A stretch of DNA of 64,000 bases from Ylistrum balloti (Eukaryota): assembly GCF_031769215.1 (NCBI RefSeq), contig NW_026782185.1:310001-374000 (forward strand), given 5' to 3'. Made by a program: the position numbers and the translations under genes. The notes under the pieces are model-generated. The model had not been told where the DNA came from. It did no database searches and was given only the letters and a program-made list of their open reading frames with translations. Positions 26,601-39,700 of the stretch are shown one piece after another (position 1 is the first letter of the stretch; each line of letters opens with the position of its first letter).

Positions 26601-27948
26601 TGTCAAAGTAAGTATATGAAAGATGATTTCACTCCACTGTACAATAAAGACAATACATATTGTTTACTTGTTAGATATATTTATTACAGGCGAATCTAAA
26701 GGTTAAGATTTGGAGACTAGTTATGTTCACAAGGTAATCGTGCCAGAACAAAAATGGGCTAAAATTTAGTTAGAGAGGTAGTAAACGGAAACACGTATCC
26801 TTTTGTTTGTCTCTCTCTAGTCTGTCAAATAATTGATTGATTTATATATCAGCTTTTTCATGTTCCCTATCTGATTGTCAATGCATTTACATAAGTGTAG
26901 CAACTCTTCAAGGAAATTTTCGTCTTCAGCTTGTGAACTTCAGAGTAACCTCCCTTGCTGTTTCTTAGACGATCAGAACTTAAACCGTATATGTTTGCAT
27001 ATATAAATTAATTCATATTAAATGAAAATACATTTAAGATCCCATATGAAAGTAAATTCATATTCAACCTAATACCCTATTCTGAGTTACCTTACCAGTA
27101 TAAACAACTACATGAGTACACATAACTTCAATGAATGAATTAGCAACTGTAATACATTCTAGGCACGTACCAGTATCTCAATACTCGTCAAATTAGGCAA
27201 GATAGGCTAGCGGTAGGATATTGTAAACATCCAATTTGTAAGCAGTACCTTCTAGTTTCTTAATTATCTCTTATCTACACTATCATGTATTCTTCATATT
27301 TAAGTTTACACGAGAATATATATATATACCGATATTATACAGCACGATTTCCGTACGTATTAACTCAAAGAAATAAGAGGATGTTATTCCATTGCATNNN
27401 NNNNNNNNNNNNNNNNNNNNNNNNNNNNNNNNNNNNNNNNNNNNNNNNNNNNNNNNNNNNNNNNNNNNNNNNNNNNNNNNNNNNNNNNNNNNNNNNNNNN
27501 NNNNNNNNNNNNNNNNNNNNNNNNNNNNNNNNNNNNNNNNNNNNATATAACAACATAACCAAAACAACAACAACTAAATTGAGTAATCAAAAACAAAAAC
27601 CTCATATGTGCTAGTGAGTTTCAACGGGTAAAGCATCGGAACAATGGTTATTCCTGATATCCAAACAGAAAATAGAAAGCCAATCGTAGAGTACATAAAC
27701 ATTGTCCCGTAGATGTAGATTTCAGCAGGAATTCCCATCAATGAAATAGCAGAAGCAAAAGTAACAAACAGTGACATCGAAACGGGTACCAAAAGTAATT
27801 TCCGGTTTCCAAACAAATAGTTTTCAAGTGTTTTTTGTTTGTCAGTCCTGTACCCATAGAATATTCCGATCCCCATGCAAACGCAGAGAAACAGTCCCAG
27901 AACGACGTAATCGGCAATATGAGGACTAGGAATTGGCTGAAACTCCAT
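17629..27948 (-). CDS. Gene B: SLC5A5/6/8/12-clade sodium:solute symporter, 16 coding exons, 618 aa (most divergent paralogue)
   Basis: Exons: 27948-27601, 26200-26132, 25799-25748, 25257-25190, 24347-24267, 23703-23630, 22564-22427, 21907-21772, 21380-21292, 20471-20362, 20102-20032, 19645-19559, 19327-19092, 18567-18476, 18124-18000, 17709-17629. Total 1857 nt, open. The true ATG is 27948; the ORF track starts at an upstream TTG. The exon-1 donor is weak (GAG|GTTTTT) and lies near an N-gap. The exon 14 acceptor and exon 16 are the least certain calls. Confidence 0.88.
27398..27544. other. Assembly gap (147 N) in gene B intron 1
   Basis: Run of N from 27398 to 27544. Confidence 1.
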
Positions 27949-28639
27949 TTTAGGAATCAATACAAACGGTCACACAAGGCCACAGATATATGCTGACTTG
28001 TTGCTAACAACAATGAGTGAGGTATGAGACTATAGACATATAGAATATACACTGACCGTGATTTTGAATTTATTTGTTTTCTTTTAAGGTCAGGATTTGT
28101 CCTTCTTGAATGACGCTAAATTGATGCTGGTTACTTGGTAACCTGATTTTCTGAAGTCATATTAAGTCATATTATCAAACCTGTGTGCATATTCTTTTTT
28201 GATGTGCACAATCTGCAACTTTACTTACATTTGATTTATTATATACCTTGGTGTTAATCTGTCATGACAAAAGCTATTTGAAAACACAACAAAATTTACA
28301 AACGATCTAATGACATGTTTACGATATGTTCAGACACGTTTAACATTACAAATTCAAAGTGTTTAAAACATTATTTTAAATGGATCATAACTGAATTCTT
28401 ATCGTAACTTAGCCAGAACATTTTGAAACTGAAGGTATGTACTAGCTGTAAATTATGCTAATTCTATATTGAAATTGAGAGCAAGGACAAAGAAGTCAGG
28501 TTTGTGTGTGATATCAATTTAGGCCGCGCGAACACATAGTAGTACACGGATGATTTATATGTGAAGCCCGGGTAAGATTCTTTGATAGAAACACTCCGGT
28601 ATATGACCGACTGAATGTGATAAGTGATCATCATTTTGG

Positions 28640-28760
28640 GATGGTCGTTGACGCAGTAGTATTGCGCTTGCCTTCACCTAGCCGTCCTGGGTTCAATTCC
28701 TGTAAAAAGGTTTTGGGGTTATTTGCCCTACCACGTAGGTTTTTCCTTCGGGTATTCCGA
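28640..28760 (+). mobile_element. tRNA-headed SINE relic with V-domain-like core, ~700 bp upstream of gene B
   Basis: A-box-like gacgcagtagt, B-box-like gggttcaattcc, then ccacgtaggttttccttcgggtattccg resembling the V-SINE core gtgggtttcctccgggtactccggt. Confidence 0.45.
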
Positions 28761-30612
28761 TAAATTATTTGTTTCGGTGAACTGACTACATTGCGTCGTA
28801 TTTTCGCTGTTTAAAGTAATGGTTCTGATGTTAATAATAAAGTATTTAGCAATTTGGTTTTCAAAATTTATTCCTTTTCAATGTTTTTAACGAGAGTCTT
28901 ACACTATTTCAATATTAGTAAATATATAAACACAATGTTACCATGGTAGTCTCATATACCAGTAATTGTCTTTGACATTCAAATGCTTATAAAGCAAGTT
29001 ATTTCTACCATGACTCTGATATCTTTCCGTTTCTACTCCTGGTCTATTTGTCTCCCTTTGAAACACTCTTTGTTATTTTTGTTCATAACTTCTAATCGCT
29101 TGCTATGTTTAGCATATATGTATAATGCATGCATGCATTCATTTCTAGATTATATGGTTTCATTTATTTACAACGACAGTGATTTCCTGTAAAACTGTAC
29201 ACTTGTATAGATGTATAATATCAAAAGAACAACACTACAACAAAATGCTGATAATATTACCTGTTTGAAACATCAGGTACAGCTTCTTGAAACTAGGGCT
29301 CTTGACTTTTGTGACACTTTAAGTTTTCGATTTATTAACTCGAAAAACATTGAAACACGGCTTACCGATGCGTCTATATCTAAATAAACTTCATGAACTA
29401 TTGTGCCTGTGACCTTTTTTCACTGTCGGGTTTTTTTTTTTTTTTTTTTTTCTTTTCTTTTTACATATTTCTGAAATCAAAGACGATCTTTAATAACGAA
29501 ATAATACAAATTCAACGCATTATATCTTGTTTTGTGTCTGGGTTAATATTATGTAATCAATGACTTAAGATAAGAAACTTAAACATATATATATTTGTGT
29601 AGGTATAACGGTTTTGTCAGCATTGTGAAAATTGGAAAAAAAAACTTTCAACAATACCTTTCGTTTCTGAACTTGCGTAATTTTTTCTAGACTTTGAAAA
29701 TTGTTTGTAATTTAGAACGCTAGAAACTGTATATTGTTTACTAAGGAAGAATAAAGATGATTATTATATTTGAAACATGAATTAATACTTAGTAGATTGC
29801 AGACATAAATACCTGGATGGTTGGAATATGAAACATTTTGTTTTTGTGTGCGAGATCGTATGGAATCGGGGGGAGGTGGGTGCCCAATACAATACTGCTA
29901 CTGGAATCTTTACATGTACACAGGAGTTCATGGGTTTTTTCTTGGTCGTTATCAGTAGCAGATCGCAGAACCAAGCATTTATAAGCAATTGAACGACTTT
30001 ATCAATAACATAACATTTGAATTATAAATTTAAGTAATTTAGGTTTTTATGACACATTTGATCGATTCTACGTCAGCTTGTGGCCCAGAGCCGACCACAA
30101 CTCCGAATACTGAAGACCTTGAAAATCTTCTCACACTCATGTATAATAGCAACTATATAGACATTCAGAGAAGAAATATGTCAAAATCACTGAAAAAACT
30201 CTTAGATATTACCCAACTACAATGACTCTTTATAAATAAAATGAAGTGATATTGAGTTAACTCTTACTAAATATGAAATACAAAGACTGTTTTAAATATT
30301 ACCATTTTACAAAAATAGAAGAGATAGCAGAGAAATTAGCCATTTCGTATAACTACTTATATTCAATTTCTTCTGATTGTCATCTGACAAACTACCGTAA
30401 CAAACCATTACACATACACAAAACTTTACAGAATGACATCTTGGGTTACCGACGATTTAATATATTTTATAGATATTTTTTCGTCCGGAGATGAAAGGAG
30501 AGGGCTTTCAAAATAAAAACCAAGAACATTGTAACAGGTCAATATAATCATAATTCAATCTCAAATTGAATAAAGCTAGTTGGAAATAGTAACAAAAGAA
30601 AAAAAACTACTA

Positions 30613-30685
30613 GAAGACCAGGTGCTCCAAAGAGTAAGCGTCTTTTGCTTCATAGCCGAAACCCGCCATGTAAACCTTGGACAAT
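30613..30685 (-). repeat. Dispersed repeat fragment (copy 2 of 3), B-C intergenic region
   Basis: Reverse complement attgtccaaggtttacatggcgggtttcggctatgaagcaaaagacgcttactctttggagcacctggtc aligns with 40398-40470. Confidence 0.65.
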
Positions 30686-33600
30686 CCAAGTACGTTATTT
30701 CAGGTTCTTGAATTAGAACAAGGTGTACAACATGGAAACCAACAGGTCAAACATACTGATTTAATTGGTTCTAATTTGATGTGCGTGCCGGTCTAGTCGG
30801 TTTAAAGTAGCTAAGTAGATATGATTGTGCCAACAATGAAAAAGAAATATCACCCTACCAGTGTTCTTGATCCTGGCGTTGTATTTCTTTCTTGATTTTT
30901 ACTTTCACATCCCACCCTATGCTGATGTACCGTAAAATAATTCATTTTCGTGAACAAATTCATCTGCCCACTATCTAATAAACCATTTGAATAGTATAAG
31001 TGGATTTAGCTTTTTTTTTTTTTTTTTTGTTTTTTTAATGTCTTTTGAAAAAGCAAATTTTCTGAATGTAGGATTCTAATTTGTCAAAAATAAAAACATG
31101 CCACGACATGAAGCTTTTACAGACCTATATGTCAAATATTGCTAAAACATACTCATATGAGTTAAACACATCTTGAGGACATATACCAGCGTTGTTTAAG
31201 TATCCTAACGTATGTTGTGTTTTCCATTTTTGATATTAACATCTAAGAAGGTTACAGCTGCTGCATACAATTTATCCTTTATTGTTGCATCATAATTTCC
31301 CGTCAACACCTAAAACACCATATGTGGCAACGTCATAATGTGCCCAAATAAAATATCTCTAATCAAGTGTATCTATGTAAATCGAGGAACTGTTTCACAC
31401 TCTAAGGACACTGCATACACATCTCTGACATGGAATACGAAGCACAAACCGCATTATATCTCTCAATTCCTTCAAAGTGGCTTAATGATTTAATGACATC
31501 AGAACGCTTTCTGTTCTACAGTGATGCAAAATATCATATATGTTGGCGAGGTAACTGAAGCTGTTATATCGGCATTCAAAAGGAACCAGAAATTTCAAAT
31601 GTTGTTAAAGGGATTTATCAACGGTACGGAGAAAATTATGACACTATAAGTCCACAAGTTTTGATCGATTATTTTTAATATTGTAATAAATTTATTGTTT
31701 TACTGACCCATGTATAACTTTTATTGTAATTAGTCACTCATACTTGCTAACGTGTTTAATTTGTATTTGTTTACTATTTGATATTTATATACTGTCGTCT
31801 GCCACAACACTTAGCTGTCTCTAAGGTTAATGACATAAATGCTTGACTGCCTACCCGGGTTAAGCATTTGCATCAAAGGTCAAGCACCCATGGTGAACAA
31901 GTGAACAGTTGGTGGCTAGATAGAGCACACAGAAGGCTGTGCACAGAATACTAGGAGAGCCATCATGTCACGAGCATGATTAGGAGTGAGTTAACCAACA
32001 GCCTGTGACAAAATCCAACCCAGAACTTGGTAAAATCCTCACCTGGTTAAATTTCTGCAGTTGACTTCATCTCATTAAACCTTTGACGATTAGGGCCCAC
32101 CGTTTTGATACCCTGGTGAAAAAAGTGATCACCATATGTTGAATGATAAAAACATTTCGAAGCAGAATGACTTTCATTTATTTGGAGCAACAAGAGACGG
32201 AATACAGAACAAAACGCTTGCCAGCCAATGAAGGTACGGCATCTGCAAGCAGGCACTGGACCAGCAAAAGATATGATGGTAGGTGGATGGGTTTGTTAGA
32301 AATTGAAATGAGAGGAAACTTGTCAAAGAAAATGTTATTTTGATGTGAAGACGTTGACGTATACTGCCTCCGCCCCAAATGGTAATGAAAAGAAAAATCA
32401 ACAAGAAAATACCAACATGTCCACATAATCATGATCCAAAATCAAAGTCAATAAAACTAGGGCAAAATATGAACGAAAGGAAGATTTACATGGAGACTCT
32501 TTCCTGAAAAAGTACACGAATAAAAAGATCAGATGTTCCAGAGAAGAAAGCGTCATCTGCTTCACCGAGGACAACAACGATCACACTTAAACCGACCCTT
32601 TTAGGGTCTGAGTTCATGAGGTATCGTACGATAGCTTTTAATATACACATCTGTTAGTCTCCTATGTTCCATTTGCTGGCTTAATAAGATATATTCAGAG
32701 TAATATGTGGCAGACTCTTTAGAATCAATGTTCATCACTTATATCCTAGCTAAGAACAAGACTGCACATCGATGTCCATAGACTTATTTCGATGACACTG
32801 CGGCAAAATATTAACAAAAACAATATTTGTATGGAGACTTCTAAAAAGTACAAGGAAACATATATATAGATTTTGAAAGATTCTTAAATAAATAAATCTA
32901 TTTTGATCAATACATTTCATATTTATATCTTCGGGAAATAAGAGCTTTTCATAATACCTTACATTGTTTGGATTGATTTTTTCCATATCTCGGAATGTAT
33001 CAAAACTAAGCCAGGCGTTAATGTTTTCGAAGTTGTGGTGCATTTGCATCAAGACATAGTTTTAGAATAACATACACATATAGGTGATCAACATGATAGT
33101 AAGCTGGTGCTGCAGTCAATTCCTTCCGCGTGCAAGGTGTGTTTGGGTGTCGTGAACGAGAATTTCCATCAGCATTGATAACCCTAGGCTATTTATGACC
33201 GTAATTCATTTCACATTTTGTCAATTTCTTGCAGGATCTAATTGAACTGCCGTTACATGAGAACACTCTTTTGTCCGTTTCGAAGCCTTGTGTCCGCCAT
33301 CCAGTGACAGGAAAACAAAACCCAAACCCACAACAGTTGTTACATTTATATTTTCACTTTGGCAGACTGATAGAAGACATCAAAAGCCTGTCTGTTTGAT
33401 TGACAGTTCCCATATTGACGTTCAGCTGACTATTAATCAAACAAACCATTTCATCTTAACATTCAGATCAATACGTTATGTCAATACATAAATATTTTTT
33501 GGATATCGTTTGCGAGATTAGCTTAAGATAAGGACGCACTGCCATTATTTATATACAAAATGATTCAGAAAGTTAATATAAAATAGGTACATGGAAAAGT

Positions 33601-33775
33601 ATTATAGATATATGCAGTACCATATGGACTATACCTAAACAATAAAAAAAAACAATTTATTATCAATGGTTTATATAAAGTAAATGTATATGCGTATTCA
33701 TACATATATCTTTTTTGCGCGTCATTCGCGAACGAGTTTGAGACGCCAAAAGCTTGCAGATTGTTTCCGATAAAC

Positions 33776-36700
33776 ATGGGTTCGACATTTGTTCCACCTC
33801 CTGCTCCACACGTCGCCGACTATATCGTTATAGCCATTTTCCTCTGTGTCTGTATAGGGATTGGTGTTTACTATGGTTATCAGACCAACAAGAACCCGAC
33901 ACTGGAGAATTATTTCTTTGGAAACCGACGTCTGCTGGTCGTACCAGTGGCTATGTCCATTTTTGTAACGTTTATCTCTGCGATATCGGTAATGGGTATA
34001 CCAGCCGAGATATACTTGTTCGGAATCCGAATGATTCATGGAGTTGTGGCGTACGTTTTGTCTATATGTATAGCTAACGTTACCGTTGTTCCTCTACTGT
34101 ACCCACTAAAACTGACCAGCACATACGAGGTAAGGTTTACTTAACATTCAAAGACTCTCATTTGGCTTATTGGATACACGAATGACAATAGGATAGGGGT
34201 GTCTTCAATGAAACGCGTCATCATTTATAATTCACATTGAAGCCAGGTAAAGCTGTTCCATTTTCATGCTTATCATCTTTTTCATCTGACGTCTCATCAC
34301 TAGGGACGACTATCTCATTTCGTTCACATTATGTGCAATAGTCCTGCGCCTTTTAAGTTCATGAACGCCTTAGTGATGACATTCATTGGTAAATTGATTC
34401 ATATACAATCAAACAAACAAAATACCAATAGGGAACAGACTTTTACACCAAACATGAATTCGGTAAAGCTGTTTCAAAATATGAACAAATAAGAAATTTA
34501 TATGTACTCCTGGAAAAAGAATCGGCAGAATAAGACCAGATGTAAAGGGTAAGCGCTAAATGGATCGAAAATGACAAAATCTAGATGGAAAGATGCACTA
34601 GCATCACGTCGCATATAGATATATACATTTTAAGTGACATGCATGGTTTTTTGTTCATGATCCTGTGTGTGCTAATGTGCTTTCTGTGTTTCTGTCTACA
34701 GACGAATTATTATAAGTCCTAAGTTCCACGTAACCTTCATTCCACAATAGTGCTTACTTTGAAAAGTAAAATTTTCGATGTTCAATGTTTCGATATTTTG
34801 TTTATGGAAAAGTCACTGAGATACAGCCCAATAAATCGTATAAGATGGCATAAAACGAAATCTTTAATATCCTCACAATCCTACAAAGGACTTCTTCATG
34901 CTTGAAGTTATAGTCCATATGAGATATACTGACGACATCTATTGAGAACATGCAATAATATACTAGTTGACCAGGAATTGTACTCAACTATGTTTCATAT
35001 TCTACGATATCATTATTGACAACAGATTAATTTTTAAAATCTATTTATCAAATAGTATCTACAACATCGGTATAATTCCAAAAGTGTCCGCCTCATGGGG
35101 ACGGCAATCGGAATGCTTCATACGGTAAGTTTCAAGATGCGTGTCATATGCAGAAATAATGCGAATGCAATCAAAAATTGTATAATATAAATTAATAGCA
35201 CCACAGAAAAACTGGATTCCGTAACGACTGTTCTATCAAGAAAAAATATGGGAAATTATACTTAAATGAATAAAGTTTCAATATTTCTCTTGCCAATTAT
35301 AATGTAAGATATATTTTATGTTAAAGACTCGCTCGTATATAACAATGATAAAAAGAAACTGTATTTCGCCTGTTTGAATTATGAATTCTTACCTGAAAGT
35401 ATGTGTTAATGATAAAGATATTGTGAAGCAGGCAATCAGTCAATCGGAATTGAAAGAAAGAATATGTCATTCCAGTTTCAATTCTTTAATACTTTGTATG
35501 TCCTCCATTTGCACTGGTGAACGCCACACATCTACAACGCATGGAACCGATCAAATCACGCAAGAATGCTCAGGGAATGCTCTGACATATCTGACATATG
35601 CCTTACAATGTAAGACGTACAATGCTTCTAACTTCACAAGAGAGTTGGACTCCTGACGCAAACGTGGAACTAGCCAAAGAATATCGTTTTGACTGCGATG
35701 TGTAAACACCATAGGTTGGGGGTGCAAGGTTGTCGCTATCCAGAAATGTAAAAACTATTGATAGAAAAATAAAATTCATCATTTCGTTCTTTCTTCTTTG
35801 ATATGGATGTATTTTTTCCAAAAGACACACGACTGAATACCATCTTTTAGATATTATTACGCTTCGGTTATAGTTCATAAATCATATGTTTGTACCAGCT
35901 TTCACTTTTCTTGTAAAAGAATGTTCTCAAAACAAAAGATCGCAGGCACTCTTTCAGTTTTAAATTTGGTATTGTTGCGTAGTCATGTTTTGCTGGCTAA
36001 TTTAGATAAATGGGAGAACGTGAGAAGGTGTAAGTTCGTTGCGGTAGCGCACATTTGTTAAGCTTCCATCCACCATAACTAAAGAGGTCCTTCCAGAGGC
36101 TGTAATGCCAGCCCAGATCATAATGCTTCTTCTTCCGAACTGGTAACACTGAATTGCACAAACATCGATAAAATGTTCTACCGGCCGAAGGTACACCCGA
36201 ATACAACCCTTTCTGTAACAAAGTAAAATCTTGACTTGTTTGTGAGTAACACTTCAGAGCATTCTCTGTTGATGAATAGGAGAAGATTCTTACACCAAGC
36301 TACCTGCACAACTCTGTCACGTTGTAGCAAAATAGAAAGCGGAACGTCTCAGGCGGATGGTAGCCTCTCGCCTTATGTTTCGTGAGGTTCTGAAACTGAT
36401 CCGTTTAAGACCAGAGATATTGCTAGCGATCAATGAAGATTACTGGAACCGAATTCGCAAATGCAACTGCCGTATATACGTTACTTGTCCACGTAACGTT
36501 TTAATACATGACAAAATATTTCCGGACAAACAATTATTTTCTGTGTTATTAGTTTGTGGTGCCTAGTTTCAAAACTCTGGGGAAATATGCACTGACCATT
36601 GAAGCTTAACGAAATCAAATTTTCATTCGAACAAGGATCTATTACTTCAAATAGGTTAAATACTTAAAAAAAACTTTTAAAATTATCGGTGATTTATTTT

Positions 36701-39700
36701 TTTATTTTTATATTTTCCGTCAGTATATATGAGGAACCAAAAACATGTGTTGACCATTAAGCATAACAAAAGTTTTTCACCAAACACAAAACACTTCAAA
36801 ATATGTCTTTTGTAATTATCGGTGAGGAAAAGACTCAATTAGTATATATGCTTATATCGATATTTTATGTCTTTGATTCGATTCTCTATTACCAGTAATT
36901 AAGAAAAAGATTTGTCTGAATCTCCACACAAGGAAATACAGTCTCAATATTTAAGATAATACTGCCACTAAATCTATGAAACCTTTACTTCTTTGCAGGT
37001 GATTTATATGGGGATCGCTCTTTACGCTCCAGCATTAGCTCTTGAAATTGGTACGTAGCTACACACAGATATAACTAACTGTTTGGTGCTCGTTTCTTTT
37101 ACCTGCAGTTGTATATTTTCGGACCCGATATTTTAGCTTCAGACTGAAACAAAATATCGTGTGGATATGAAATAGATGAAATAGCGAAGCTATGAGTCTA
37201 TGGCTTGTGTTGCTTTAACTTCATGATGTTATATACACCGCGACGTAACTAGACAAAGACATGAAGCATGAAAAGATCGCTAATTTGGCTTGCATATCGG
37301 TATACAACAAGGTTGTTCTCAAGAGGCTTGCAAAAGTATCATACTTTCGTCTCGGTGAAATAACACCTCATTTGAAATAGAACCTTATATAAGAACAATG
37401 TATATGAACAAGCAACATAAGTCAGATCGAAATCGACTGATATTTTGAAAGTTTAATGGATTACTTAATAATTTGAACAGAGATCACTTTGCGTGATCAA
37501 TCCCAAGTGATAGGATGAAAAAGAGGTCAAATGAACCTTTAGTGTTCTAACAAGTCCCAATTTCCATTGCAGTGGCTGGGATACCACTGTGGGTTTCTAT
37601 AGTTGTCATTGGATTTGTCTGTACTATATACACAACAATCGTATGTATTTATTTTACCGTCTTTACTGACATCATGAATCACCATCACTTTACAGTCAAG
37701 GGAAATGATCCATATAGATATCTAACAAATAAAGAAAATTCATACAAATACATCAATGATATTAAAACATGGAACACGATTATTTTACACCAAGTATTTC
37801 AAACTTCACAATTTTGCCACAATTTGATGCATAACTTTGTCAAATGTTAAATTCAACTATTATCAATTTCTCTTAGTGAGATAATTAAAATTAATTGATA
37901 TCTCAACGTTTGGTTTACTAATGATTATGATACAGAGTGAAATGGTCATGGCAAATTCAAAATGTTTCAGGGAGGAATCAAAAGTGTTGTATGGACTGAC
38001 GTTTTTCAGTGTATTATGCTGTTCGTTGGAATGATAGCTGTTATCATAAAAGTAATTATATCTCGAAATGTAAATGGAATTATTGTGTAAAAGACAATAC
38101 TAAAATACTCCCCAAATTTCAGTTCAAACTTACAATTGGTGGCACGTGAGCAAATGACGACAAAAGAAATATTTACGTAGTCCACAATGTCAATCTGGAC
38201 AAATTCTCGAACCGGAACCAGTTTGAAAAAAAATGGAAACAAAATAAAAAGTCTTTCTATTAATCCCTAAGCGGTTTAACTCGACCAACAAAGATGATTA
38301 AAAAAAGATGAAACGAATAACAGATCTCCGAATTACATTATACTGTGGACTTTTCAAACATCCCATTGTATTGGAAAATGATAGATGTTTTATGCTACTG
38401 TCATCTAGCAGATTTATGACAAACAACAGATTATATTTCGAAAATCATTTATAATGAATGTACACTTTCAACATATACACGTGAGAAATGACACAATTTA
38501 TCAACCGTTTTGTCATAAAATGTATATATCTTTATTTGTTTTTGAAATAGGGCACTATTCTGATAGGACCGAGTCACTCAATTTTGGGAATCGCAACTGA
38601 GGGAAAGAGACTTGAGCATTTTAAGTATAAACTCATTGCCTTAATAGAAAAAATATCAATTAATTCAAACCATCTTATAAGTAGAACAAAAACCAAAAAA
38701 CAGCGGAGTAGAAAACACACCGATATCAATGAAAGAAAGTTTGAGGTTTTGTCTTCATTTTATTTCAGCTCAAAGCTGAAAAAAAGTAATAAAAATCTTG
38801 AAAAAAAAAACATTGCCATGGCGATAGTCAACAACGGGAGAATATCAAAATAAAAAAAAAGTTTTGAATGTCTCCGTTGTATGTATGTTTTGTGTTCAGT
38901 AGGAGACAATAATGCAAAAATAAAACAACATCTTTGACAAAAAGTAGCCTGAAATAACGAAAAATATACATTATGATAGCGGATCACTAAACGTGTATCT
39001 TTTCCGTCAAATTCTAAAACTTTATATTGATATATCTGTTCACTTTATTTTATTTAAAAAAAAAATTCTCATTACTTTTATACATTGACTACAAAGTTTA
39101 AGTGTCTTTATTTGTTATTTTCCACCAGCTTTGACCCAGATCCCAGGATTCGTTACAGTAATTGGGGTTTGTGGATTGGTCTTGTGTTCTCAAATCTTGC
39201 AAACTGGTGCAACCAAGCAAGTGTCCAGAGGATTTCTTCTCTACGGAGTCTTAAATCAGCTTATTTGTGAGTAATAATTTGTGCCTCTTGAGAACAGATT
39301 GAAATGATAATTGGTTTTTAAAAAGACCTGCTGACCAATTTAACAAGAATTGACTAAAAATAATTAAAAAAATTCGATAAACATTTAATCATAAGATGTC
39401 CAATATACCCACTACGTGCAAACATACATAGTAAAAAACAGCTGTCGTTTGGATTTTACAGTGCATTTTGGATGCTTGGTCCACTTCTTGTGATGTTTTA
39501 TACCATCCTTGGATACTTGGGTATCCTTATTTACTCCTACTACAACACTTTGGAATGTGATCCACTTCAAGGAGAATTTATCTCGAACATCAATCAAGTA
39601 TTCTTATGATACATCAACATTCAGACATTTAATCAGGAATCATGTTCCACAAAAATTCAATACTTTCAACAGTAACCAGATCATTTCTTCGTACACGTAA

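Noticed and set aside
27283-27614. ORFs spanning the N-run
   Set aside because: Artefacts of translating the assembly gap.
32170-32320. FGATRDG ... GLLEIEM resembling a YqaJ-type nuclease motif
   Set aside because: The motifs are in different frames and ~30 codons apart, too far for the family pattern; could be chance.
33722-34039. Similar antisense ORFs over exon 1 of C, D and E (also 47323-47655, 60983-61330)
   Set aside because: Shadow frames of the real exon; their similarity just mirrors sense-strand similarity.
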